Of a DNA stretch of 64,000 bases, positions 25,905 through 43,464 are shown piece by piece. The translations under genes were made by a program, and so were the position numbers. Source of the stretch: Balamuthia mandrillaris (taxonomy: Eukaryota); contig JAVKOQ020000114.1 in assembly GCA_031835245.2 (NCBI GenBank), positions 62,001 to 126,000 on the forward strand, given 5' to 3'. Every line of letters starts with the position of its first letter. Positions within the stretch are counted from its first letter, which is position 1. A model generated the notes under the pieces. That model searched no databases and had not been told where the DNA came from. It was given only the letters and a program-made list of their open reading frames with translations.

Positions 25905-27910
25905 ATGACCTCCTCCTCCTCCTCCTCTTGGGCCTCTCTGCCGGCAGAGTCGGCGCTGCATGTGATTTCTTTCCTAACACCTGCGGACCTGGTTCGTTTT
26001 TCCTTGTGCTCGCGGCAATGTTTTGGTACGCATGCATGTTGTTGCACTTCCTCCCATCCTTTGCTTCTTGTTCTTTGTCTTTTTTTTTTTTCTGCTTCTT
26101 CGTTCTTCTTGTTCTTCTTCGTTCTTCTTCGTTCTTCTTCGTCCTCAACATCTTCATCTTCTCCAATTACCTACGTCACTACTTTTTTTTTTCGCCAGAA
26201 CTATGTCAAGATAAAGCCATCTGGAAAGACCTTTACTCCTCCACCTTTCCTTCCTGGTTCCTGCGAGGCTACTACCGCTATCAACAACAACCACAACCAC
26301 AACCACAAGCCAAAAAGGCACAACCACACTCACCCGCACCAGCAGCGGTAGAGGAAGCTGGTGCGGCAGGAGAGCTCTCCTGGAAGAATGCCTTTAGGCG
26401 GAGCGTCACGTTGGACCGTAACTGGTGGCAGCTGAGGCACACCACCAAGCACTTGGTGCCGGAGGAGCACGGCCTGCCAGGAGGGTTCCTGAGGCATGCC
26501 CTTTCGGCCTGGTCACTCGCTTTGACAAAGGACTTTTGGGTGTGCTCTACTGCTGGCGGAGACGTACGTTGTTGATATTCCTCTGTATACTTGGTTGTTG
26601 TGGTGGTGTTATAGTGGTTTGACTCGTTCTTATAGTCGTTATTGGTGTGGTTCTTTTTTGTTTTGTGAACTTTCGGGTGGAGTCCATTGTCGTTTGACGT
26701 TGTCACACATTCAGTTTGGAGTTTATATCTTTGGAACCGATTTTGATCTTACCCAAGAGGGAGTCCACCTCGTTTGCAAACCTCTCAAGTTTTTGCAACA
26801 AGGTCTCAGAGGTCCCCTTCTTTTATGCTCTTATTCAGACCCATTCCGTTTGTGCTAAACTTATCAACTAAACAGACTTGGTGAACCAGATCTACCTCGA
26901 TGGCAACCAACTGCTTACCGTCTCCCGAGTGCTCAAAGTATGGAACATGCAGGACTATAGCTGCACCGCAGAGGTGAACCTCGTTGACAACAACACCAAA
27001 AGCTCCGACGGCAGCGATGAGGTGCTTCTCTGCTGCCACTTTCCGGCCTCTCAGCCAAACCTGGTAGTGACAGGCAGCAGCGCCAATAGATCGTTTCTGG
27101 TGGACGTTCCCTCGGGAACCTGCCTGAAGACCTTGTACGGTCACAGCGACTTTGTTAATTGTTGTTACACCACGCCCAACGCACAAATGGTAACATATTG
27201 TTCATTCTTCGTCTTTCGTCGTGTGTGTGTCTTCTTTTAGTGGTATTGTGTTTTGTCTGCTTCTTCTGCTGCTTCTTCTCTCTATTTTTTTATAAATGGA
27301 TTGCATGTCTCCTTTTTAAGTGCCGGCCGTGCTTATAACTATGCGTACAGCTTGTCTCAGGAGGGGGAGACGCCAAGCTCAACCTGTACGATCTGCCCTC
27401 TGGACGTCTGCTCCAGACCTTGAATGCCCATGCGGACTGTATAAACGAACTGGATGCCTCATCCACCGATCCCAGCACCTTGTTCAGTGCTGCTGATGAC
27501 CACGTATTTCTTTCTTTCTTCCTTGTGTTCATTTTTTTCTCTTTATGTTTTATATTTCTTCACCTCTTTTTGTTTTTGTTTTATTTATTTATTTTTCTAT
27601 CCGAACTCTGACCACAACGTGTTGAATGACAACACCAACTCAGTTTGTCAAAGGCTGGGACCTGCGCACAGGCAAGATGCACGTTGCGATGGAAGCGCAC
27701 AAGGGTTATATAAGAGCGTTGAAGGTGGAAGGCTGGCGGCTGGTAACAGGCGGGGATGACCAACTGATTCACTTTTGGGACGTGCGTAACTGCAAAACCC
27801 CGGCGCAGACGCTCGACCATCACAACGACCTGGTAAAGTCGCTCGACTTTACGGATTCGCTGATGCTGAGCGGGTCCCCCTCAGAGATCTACGTTAGCTA
27901 TTTTGGTTGA
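25905..27910 (+). CDS. F-box/WD40-repeat protein, multi-exon
   Basis: WASLPAESALHVISFL F-box; GHSDFVNC, VSGGGDAKLNLYD, AHKGYIRAL, VTGGDDQLIHFWD. Confidence 0.9.
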
Positions 27911-29225
27911 GTCCTGAAATGACATCTAACTGAAAATATGTGGAATGATCTGGTGTATGCGAAGTTGTACGGTATTGCCTTATAAGTAATAAGTTAGGAG
28001 TCCTCTTTTCCAGAAAAATAGAAGTACTAAGTACTAAGTACTTAGTACTCTAGAGTACCCTAGAGTACCCTAGAGTCCGTTTGGAGGAACCATTTTCTCA
28101 CTTTTTTCCGTTCGTTCCGCGTCATCTCCGATCTCCAACGGGAGATTCATTAATTCAGGAAGATTATGACGCAATTCAAGCTGGGTAGCGTTCTTCGTTT
28201 CACCAGAAAAAACATAGAACAGGAACCCGACAGAAACTGGCCGGAAAATTCAAAGAACGCACCGGAAACTGCTGGTTTACTTCCTCTCCCCTGCATAATT
28301 TTTTTTTTACTCTCGTTCACTTCTTGGTTTGTTGTTTGCGCGGAAGAAAGCAGAAAAATAGGAAAAACGGGGAAAGGGGGAAAATAAAAAGCACGTACAA
28401 AGTTGTATCGCCCACGGAGAAAAAGAACTTTGCTGGGCAGGTTGTACATTGGAGGTGAGTGAGTGAGTGACAGACAGAAAAGATAACAAAGATAAAAACG
28501 GCACAACAAAAACCAAAAAAAAAAAAAAAACGGAAGCATTCCTTCTTCTTCCGGTCCCTATTATTTTTTTGGTTTTGGTATTGTTGTTTTTGAATATTCG
28601 TTTTCTTTTCTTTTTGGCTTTGTGAAACGAATAGGAAAAAAAAAAATTACCAACAACAACAAGTAGTAAGAAAGCAGCAAGAAGAAGAAAGTAAGAAAGA
28701 CAAGCCTTTGTTTTTTTTTTTTTGTTTTTCTTCTCAAATTCCTTCTCTCTCTCTCTCTCTTTGTTTTGTTTTTTTTTTAAACAGTGCCAAACTGATTTTT
28801 ATTTTTATTCTTCATAGGAAGAAGAAAGAAAGAAAGAGATTCGACTTCTCTTCATCTTTTGATTATTTATTTTTTTTGATCAGAGGGGAAGCAGATTTTT
28901 TTTTTCCGGCTGCTTCCAAAAATTTGTATGCCGCTTTTTTTTCTCTCGCTCTCTTTTATTCTCTTTGTCACAAACCTTAGCACTAACTCCAACCATCAAC
29001 ACAAACATCAGAGAGTGAACATCACGCCAAGTACAACCCCTTCCTGAGCCCGCTCTCTCGCGTCCGTTTTTGTTGCTTGCGGTCAGCCTTCCTCTTGTTT
29101 TTTTTTGGTACATTTGTTCGCTGCCTCTTGTTCTTCGTTCTTCATGTTCTTCTTCGTTCCCATTCTTCTTTTTCTTCTTCGTCTCGTTTTTGTTCTTCTT
29201 GTTGGTTCTTCTTCTTCGTTCGTGC

Positions 29226-29501
29226 TTCTTGCTTCTTGCTTCTCTTCTTCGTTCTTGTTCTTGTTCTTGTTCTTGTTCTTGTTCTTCTTGTTCTTGTTCT
29301 TGTTCTTCTTGTTCTTCTTCTTCTTGTTCTTGTTCTTCTTCTTCTTCTTCTTCTTCTTCTTCTTCTTCTTGTTCTTCTTCTTGTTCTTCTTCTTCTTGTT
29401 CTTCTTCTTCTTGTTGTTCTTCTTGTTCTTCTTCTTGTTCTTGTTCTTCTTCTTCTTCTTCTTCTTCTTCTTCTTCTCTTCTTCTTCTTCTTCTTCTTCT
29501 T
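29226..29501. repeat. (CTT/GTT)n microsatellite upstream of the ATG at 29565
   Basis: Directly visible. Confidence 0.95.
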
Positions 29502-29564
29502 GACTGACCTTCACTGAATGCCCTTTCCCTCTTTTTTTTGGTGTTTATCATCCAATAGAACAAA

Positions 29565-32500
29565 ATGGACAACAAGGGAGGCCTTCGTGACCGAGACAAA
29601 CCGATGAGGCCTTTTTGGTTGGAGCTTGCACAACAGCCGCAACAACGTCCTCCACCACGCGGCTCTCTCGAAGAGTTTGCCACTTGCGCCCTCTCTTCGT
29701 CCTCCTCTCCCTCTTCTGCCACATCTTCCGCTTCATTCTCCACTTTGCCGCAAATGCAAGGCAGAGCTGCTCTTCCTTCTCCTCATGAACTCTCTTCCTC
29801 CTCTTTCAACCACCTTCACACCAACAGTCGGCGGGTTCTCGATCGTCCAATAACTGCAAACCTGAAAGTGAAAGATGAAGAGGAAGAAGCAGAGGAAGGA
29901 GAGTGCGGCACACCGCTTGTGCGACGAACCGCTGCTCCTACCCTCTCCTCCGCTTCCAACTTGTTACTTCCACCCACTCGCAACGACGAAGCGAGCGAGG
30001 TAGAAGACGAAAGAGAAGAGGAAGAACGAGAACAAGAAGAGCAAATAGGAAGTATGCCCAATAACAAAGCACAAACACGAACCAGACGAGGACGCGCTAT
30101 GTCCGAAACAGCAGCAAAGCGACGAAAACGCATTTCTAGCGTAGATTCTCCTAGTTCTCCTCCCCCCTTTGAGGAAGGAAGTGGTTCCAGCGGTGGCGAA
30201 GAGAACCATCACAACCACAACCACGACAACGGCAAGTCCTCTCCTTCTCTGTCGAGCAGCCGGCCTCTGTCCCCGTCGCACCACTTGTATTCTTCGGTGA
30301 TGGGATTGGGTCCTCCTTCCTCCTCCTCCACCTCGCAAAACAGTTTGGAGGGGTTAAACATACGCATAGCTGTGCAGCCTCCTTTGAAGACAGTGTATCA
30401 GCGAATTCTCAAACCGTTTCCTGCTGTCGCGCTTATCTATCCTCCTGGTACTTGTTGTCTGGCACTTGTTCTTCTATATTATTCTTATGCTTACCTCTCT
30501 CTCTCTCTCTCTCTCTCCCCATCAGATGAGGACCAACCTGTAAATTTGAGCGGATATTTTGTCGAAGCAACCCTGTTGCGTGGTGACAACGGTACACCCA
30601 TTCCGCAGTGTCTTGATGGAAGTTGTATCGTCCGCTTCGAGCGCACCACATGGGGAGATCCATGTGGCGTATACGCAACGTTCAAGAAGCTTAAGATTCT
30701 AAGTACCAGCCAACAGCTGCAGGGCACGCTCCTCCGGCTGAAGTTCACTTTGAAGCGCTATAGTGGCAGTTCTTTTGCCACCATGAACGAAGTGCCTAAT
30801 TGCTCTGTAATTTCCCATCCTATTGAAGTGTTCTCTCATACGCAGTATTTAAACAAGAAGACGCCCAAAGGTCTCTCTCTCTCTCTCTCACACTAAGGTG
30901 GTTTCTTTCGTTTCTGACTTAAAACAACATTAACAGCCAGATCATCTGGTCCGAAGAGGCACAAGAAGCCCTCCGACTCTGCGGTGATGGAACTCGTACA
31001 CCAATTCCACAAAACAGAGGACGTCCCTAACAGCGATAATAATGATCATCCGTCACGCTCACGTTCTCGTCGCCGCAGCCTATCCACAACTACTCCTGCC
31101 TCTCCTTCCTTCAACAATAACAGCAACAACAACGCTCTTCCTTCAGCTGCACAATATCCTTCATCATCATCTTCTTCTGCTATCGTTGCTACCACTGTCT
31201 CTAATCCTACCTTTGTTTCTTCTTTCGGTTCTTTTCCATCGCGCCATAATATTTCCAATTCCTCCTCTCTGCCACCGTTTCATCCTCAACAACAGCAACC
31301 ATTAGGAAATGAACATGTTTCTTCTGCAAAGCGTACCAGCACTACAGCTACTTCATCTACTCGTGATACCTCTTCCAGTCTCCCGTCTCCTTCACCTTCG
31401 TTACCTTCATCTGCACCTTCGATGACCACCAACGACAACAATGTGCCAACTTCTTCTGCCGCAGCTAATAACTTGATTGCATCGCTAGTACAAGTACTAC
31501 AAACGTTCAAGCAACACGGCGGAAGCAAAGACGTTGTGTTGCGTTGGGTAGAGCATGTATTTAGCAGTGATACACCAAGTTTGAATGACCTAAAAGTAAG
31601 TGTTTTAAACGAGGAAGATAGTCTTCACCACGTTCAGCACAACATGGACAGAGAAAACGAAAGGCTTCTTCGTAAGAACGACGTTCAACGAGCAACCGAT
31701 TACATCAACACGTCTGCTAACCACAACGAAAGCGACAAACGAGCACCTTTAGTGCAGCAACACAAAGAAGCTGCTGTTGCTGCAAGACCTAGTACCCAAC
31801 CGCAACCACCACCTCAACATCAACAACAACCAAAAACGAGAAGCGGCAACAAACGAAGCAGAGCTCGCGTTACTTCTTCCACTACCCTCATCACTAGCGA
31901 TGGAGTGCAGACCACCACCTCCGTTACATCCGCTGCTGGAGACAAGTTTGCAGCAACCGGCTCCAACGGTGGAGAATTGTACGCTCACACTGATGCAACC
32001 CGTTCTCCCCAAGATAGCGGTCTTGCTCTCTCTCCTGTTACTTCTTCCAAACGAACCAAAGTCGAAGAACAAGGAACGGAGGAAAAGAAAAAGAAAGGAT
32101 GGTCAAAGCTGGAAGCGTTGGCATACACCAGCATTAGCTCTCTATGTCAGGAGCTGAACGAATACAGTGACGACGGTGAACGCAACGACAGTAAAATACG
32201 CACAGGACCTGTTGTTCTGCCGCCTTTGATGGATTTTGACAAAGGGCCTCAGCAACAACACCTCCACCAACATCTTCAATACCTCACCTCTCATCCCAGC
32301 AACAAGGACAACACCTCGCAACAGCACACCACCAAACTTACCTTTACTACCATGAACGACAACAATGGCTATAACCGTTCAACAACGACGGACGCGCCCG
32401 TCACTTCTTCTGCATCTATGATTACCCCAGCTAGTATCCAACAGGCTGCGTTTGCAGACTCGTCATCCACATCGGACGAAGTGAATCGTCATCGTCACAA

Positions 32501-33701
32501 TGCCCGTCTTCGTTTGGAGACCGAAGGTAAGCTAGTCCCGCTACAGTTGCCTTCGCCTCGAGCAGCGAGCCATCAACATTCTTCAGAAGATGAGGCTTTT
32601 TTGTTGCAAGCTCTTTTTTCGGAACTTCAGGTTTTTCATTCCTTCTTTTTCTTTCTTTTTTCTTTCATTTATCAAAATACTTTGTTTTTGTTCTAATTTT
32701 CTCTGTTTTTATCCAGCTAACCCAAAATCAAACACTCTATCCTTTCTTTCTCTTCCTCGCTATCTCTCGTTCTATCTCTCTCGTTCTCTCTCTCTCTTGT
32801 TCTGCCAATCACTTCAATATACACAGAATAACAGGATAACGTGGGCTGAGTTCCGTCAACACCTTCAGAAATCAGTTGGTCAGACGCGCGCTGGTGAGAT
32901 CCTTCACTCTCTACAGCAAGACAAGCTCAGCTGTCCCGAGTGGTTGCGGAGGATTATAATGACTGCCGAGGACGAGCAAAGTCGAGATGCAAGCTCGCCC
33001 CGCCCTCCTCCTAAACGATCATCACTGTCTGCTAATAGCGGGTATGTAACCCTTTTTATTTATCCCAAAACTCGTTGTTCTATCATAATTGACTTGCTTC
33101 TTTCCTTTTTCTTTTCACTTCTATTTTTTAAAGGTATGAAAGCGATAGTAATGAGTCATCAACTCCAGCAGAAAGCAACAACCCCTCCTTTGACAAGTCA
33201 GCCTTTCCTTCTTCCTCCTCCTTCTCCTCTCAGCTTCCTCTCCCTTCCGTTACGAACGTACCAGTATCATCGCACCATCCGCCAAAATTGATGACGACCA
33301 CCCCGAATAATAACACCACCAACAATCAATCCGTTATTATATTACCCCCGTTGGAGGCCTCCACTCTTCAGTCCTACCACCATCATCCGCATCATCTCCA
33401 CTTTCATCCTCCACCTCAGCAACAGCAACAACATTCTCTTTCTTCTGTTATTGTTGGCGGTAGCAACAGCGAAGATGGTAGCCTTCGCTTACCTCCACCT
33501 TCTTCACTTGTAGAAGAAGCATCTCCTGCTTCTTCTTCTTCTTCTTCGAGTTCTTCTCAAATGCAATCACCGACATGCCATCGTCATCACCACCGTAGAC
33601 ATCATCGCCGGCGACGACACCCTCACCACCCACAACAACATCAAAGCCCTTCTGTCTCTGCTGCTACTACAACAACCATTACGCACCGGTGTAATGGTTA
33701 A
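29565..33701 (+). CDS. Putative transcription factor: STAT/Rel-like beta-sandwich domain, long low-complexity regions, possible RST-like helical domain; 5 exons
   Basis: IRIAVQPPLKTVYQRILKPFP..YFVEATL..ATFKKLKILSTS..LRLKFTL..VISHPIEVFSH; NLS-like KRRKR; exons splice in frame with GT-AG. Confidence 0.6.
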
Positions 33702-34730
33702 CCAAACTCAGCCCGGTCAGATGTGTATATTTTTTTTTCCCCTTCACATATGTGCGTAACAACCCAACCAACCACCAAAAAATTTTGTGTTTCGATTGTT
33801 TTTTTATTGATTTAAAAATTTAAAAAATTTTGATAATTACGCAAATGGCCCAATCACAACAACGCAATATATCGATAATTAGGATCGGTAATTTGCGAAT
33901 CGATTCTCGCCGCTTTTTTCGGCTAATAATCTTTATTTCGATAAATTATCGGAATGAAATATCGTGCGTTGTAATACTTTTAAATTGGAGCGATATCTTT
34001 CGGGTATTGTTGGATAATTATCTGGCCAATGGGACAACATCTCTGCTATTGGGATTCCGTTAAAAAGAGAAATGCCCGCGATGAAGCACATTTTTTTATT
34101 CGCCATTTTATTTTATGAGCGTTTTTTCATACTCCTTTCCAGAAGCCTAGGACACCCCTCTCATTCAAACCTGTTTTTTTCTTTTTCTTAACTACCGAAA
34201 ATTACTTTTTCGTTCAGTCCACCAAACCAACCAGATAACTCTCACGCTCCTTCTAAACGCAATAAAGGGTTAACCTCTCGTAATAGCACCATAAAACATC
34301 CGGTCGCCCCCCACCGAAGCGTAACATTAACCCGAACCTCTTTTTGTTATTATTTTTTCTTTTTCTTTTCGTTCCATTTTGAAACGACAACACAAACACC
34401 CAAAGTTCTGTTGCACCCTCTACTTTTGCATTGTTTTTTTTTTGGTTTTTTGTGAAGACAAGAAGCATTACCAAAGAAACCTTTTCTTTGTTATTTTATC
34501 TTTATTTTATTTACTACCAGCATTTATCTTTAGTTTTTTTTAAAAAAAAACTCTCAACCCACACAAGCTCCTCCTCACCACCAAACACCTTTCCAGTCGA
34601 ACCCATCTTCTTCTTTGCTCCACATCACGAACCCTTGCCCCCGCATCCGAAACCTCTTCTCCACCCGAATAATTTTTTCGCTTGTTGTCGTACTTTTATC
34701 GCCAACCAACTTTTAATATTCATTATTTAA

Positions 34731-35861
34731 ATGAACGCCTGCGCCTCCTCCAGCTATTCTCCGAGGGGGCAGGGTCCAACAGCTAATTTGAATAATACCA
34801 TTCGCCATTCGCATCACCCCACAACAACAACAACTTTTCCTGCTCCTTCTTCTGCTTCTTTTCCCGTTTGGACTACCATTCCCACGTCGACGAGCAAACC
34901 ACCGATTAAACCCAAAGCCAGGAGAAGCGGCCGCCCTCTGCTGGTAGAGCAACAGCACTCCCCTCTCAGCCCCTCGCACAACCACAGCCAGGACCAACTG
35001 CACGCCTACCTTCTCATCGGGTTGTGGAGTTCATCTTCTTCTTCTTCCACTCCTCAACTACAACAAATACGATCTCCCTCCGCCTCTCCTGCTCCTCAGA
35101 CCGCAATGACTTCCGTTCAGCAATTGAGCAGTAGGAGCTTCAGTGATAAATCCCAGGAGAAGCTAAGAGTAAAAGAAGAGGAGAAGGAGGAGGAGGAAGA
35201 AGGCCAAAAGGTGGTCTTGCCTTCCATCCAATCTTTGCTCCCCTCTTTCTTTTGTAATGCTCCTTCCGCTGCCACGCTCAAACTCCCAACACCTCCCTCT
35301 ACCCCTCCACGCCTTCCCCATCTGCTGCCGCAACTTGCAGCTGCGTCCGCGGTGGAGTGCCCACAGACTTCTTTCGACTTCAGCTCCAACTCCTCCCTTT
35401 GGCTGCCTCAACCCAACTACAACGAGCCCTCCCCTTCTTTGCTCCCTGTCCCTTCCTCCCCTTCTTCTGAACACAACCTCTATTCTCGGTCCTCGTCCCC
35501 TCTGAAACGCAAAGAAGCCGCTGGCCAAGAGGAGAGCGAGGACAACAACACCGCCGAGGGAGGAAGAAAGAAAAAGAGACAACGCTGCGCCACCACGGAG
35601 GAGGAAGGAGCCCTGCTGGAGGGCGTCTTCCAGAAGACCCCCTTTGTGCGTGCCGAGTTGAAATCGCAGATAGCCAAGAGCTTGGGCTGGACGGAGCGAC
35701 GAGTAAAAGTGTGGTTCCAGAACAGAAGGGCCAAGGAGAGAAGAGCGGCGGAGAAGGCTAAAGTGCCCCCGCCTCCTTCTTCTTCTTCCCAAGCTTCTCC
35801 ATCGGGGGTCATCGTGCCTAAACCGCTCGTCATTGCATCGGCTGCCCCTGGCCGTTGTTAA
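34731..35861 (+). CDS. Homeodomain protein, single exon
   Basis: LEGVFQKTPF...IAKSLGWTERRVKVWFQNRRAKERR. Confidence 0.92.
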   Translation: MNACASSSYSPRGQGPTANLNNTIRHSHHPTTTTTFPAPSSASFPVWTTIPTSTSKPPIKPKARRSGRPLLVEQQHSPLSPSHNHSQDQLHAYLLIGLWSSSSSSSTPQLQQIRSPSASPAPQTAMTSVQQLSSRSFSDKSQEKLRVKEEEKEEEEEGQKVVLPSIQSLLPSFFCNAPSAATLKLPTPPSTPPRLPHLLPQLAAASAVECPQTSFDFSSNSSLWLPQPNYNEPSPSLLPVPSSPSSEHNLYSRSSSPLKRKEAAGQEESEDNNTAEGGRKKKRQRCATTEEEGALLEGVFQKTPFVRAELKSQIAKSLGWTERRVKVWFQNRRAKERRAAEKAKVPPPPSSSSQASPSGVIVPKPLVIASAAPGRC

Positions 35862-36234
35862 CCACCCCCACGTTTTTTGCAACTGTGTTACCTCTTCTCT
35901 CTGCTTTATCTTGTTTATGTTTCCATTTCCCTGCCTTGTTTATTTATTTTTTTAACCAAGCAATGCATTCATTGTTCAGTTCTTGCCCCCAAAGCACCAC
36001 ATTTTCTTTCTTTGTTCTTTTTGTAGCTCCGATCGATCTGGTCGCACAAAAAAAGAAAATATTGCTTAACAGGGAGATATTACGTCAGCTGATCGGAAGC
36101 CCTGTGTCGGTGAAGTTTCGGTGGAACGTCGATCTTTTTTTCTCCCATAATCTGAAATCATGTGCAAGGATTTGTTGTTTATCTGCCCCAGGTATCACTT
36201 TTTAAGTTTTGGTTTTTAGTTTTCTCTGTGCTAA

Positions 36235-36349
36235 CTGCACAGGATGGTGTGATGAGAAACCATTTCACAGACCTGTTCTGAATGGGTGCCACAAACTCAC
36301 CCGCAAAGTGTGGTCGTAAAAATGACTAGAGGACTGACATCCTGTGTAG
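36235..36349 (+). ncRNA. Box C/D snoRNA, U25(SNORD25)/snR56-like, guiding 2'-O-methylation of SSU rRNA
   Basis: 12-bp terminal stem CTGCACAGGATG/CATCCTGTGTAG; box C GTGATGA 36249; guide TCACAGACCTGTT 36265-36277 complementary to conserved SSU AACAGGTCTGTGA; D' CTGA 36278; box D CTGA 36334. Confidence 0.9.
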
Positions 36350-36470
36350 TAGTGTGTGAACGCATCGCGCGGCAGAGAAAAACTTTTACTTTAGTTTTTT
36401 TTTTATTTGTGAAGCTTGTGCCACCACTTCCCCCGTTGTTTTGGTGTTTATGTGTTGTTCTTTGCTGACC

Positions 36471-37098
36471 CTATGCTTTTGTTTCCTCTCCTTTTATGAC
36501 GAGCACTGAACAAGGCGCGTTCTCTACGCAGTGTTGACTGACTGATCCAAGGAACAACCTACCAAACCCAAACAAAAAAAAAAAATAAGAAGGTCAGCCA
36601 GCTCTTCCTCAACCGTTGTAGTTGTTTAGTGTTGAAAGTATACCTTGCCACTCGACCCATGCCTCTTCGTCCCATGACAAGAACGTCCACTTTCTTCTCC
36701 TCTGCCTCGTTCACAATGACCTCCTTTGGATAGCCTTTGCCCAACAACAACGTGTGAGGGATCTATGAGTTTGGTCACACAAACGGGTTGCTGTTTAGGA
36801 CACTACGCAAAAAAGTGGCAGCAAGAGAGAAGAGGAGAAAGACACGCACGCCAGAAGCCGTCAGCTCTCGGCCATACTTGGCCAGCAGCACCTTGCCTTC
36901 CTGCTCCACCCTTTCGTTGGCCTTCACCACGTAGGAATAGTCCACATAGGCCCCGCCAGCCCCGCTGACGACGGCCGTGACCTCCTCCGCCACGAAGAGC
37001 ACGTAGATGTGGTCCGTTTCTTTGTTGGCCATTTTCTTGGTGGCCTCGAAGGCGTGGCGAGCGTGGTCCGAGGCATCTACAGCAACCATGTACTTCAT
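36471..37098 (-). CDS. Universal stress protein (USP), 3 exons
   Basis: MKYMVAVDASDHA, GYPKEVIV, VLVMGRRGMG, LGSVSQHCVENAPCSVLVIK. Confidence 0.93.
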
Positions 37099-37515
37099 TT
37101 TTGTCTTGTGTCACTACTCGATTTTCGTTTGTGCGTGAGCGCGTCTCTCTCTCTCTCTCTCTGTTCCGTTTGTGTGTGTTTTGTCAACTCTCTGGAGAGC
37201 GGGTACCAAAAAAAAGAACAGTTTGAGTGTGCAATCAAAAGAAAACGGGGGGAAAAGCTACGAAATATCAATGAAATTTTGCAGAAACTGATCAATTGAA
37301 ATTTCTTGCCTGTGTTCGAAAATTTTTCCTCGAATTCAAATTTTACGAAACGAAAACAAAAAAAAGTAGCAGGACCAGATCGGCATCATCCGATGGGCGA
37401 AGAAACGGTGTAGCAAAAACAACGACAAACAGGACCTTGTGAGAAGTTTGTTTTGTTGAGGGGGTTGGGTGAAAGGGCCTGTTGAGAAGAGGGTAAGCAA
37501 AAAACAAAAAAAAAA

Positions 37516-43440
<5,925 letters not shown>

Positions 43441-43464
43441 GAAGAAGAAACAAATATTTGATAC

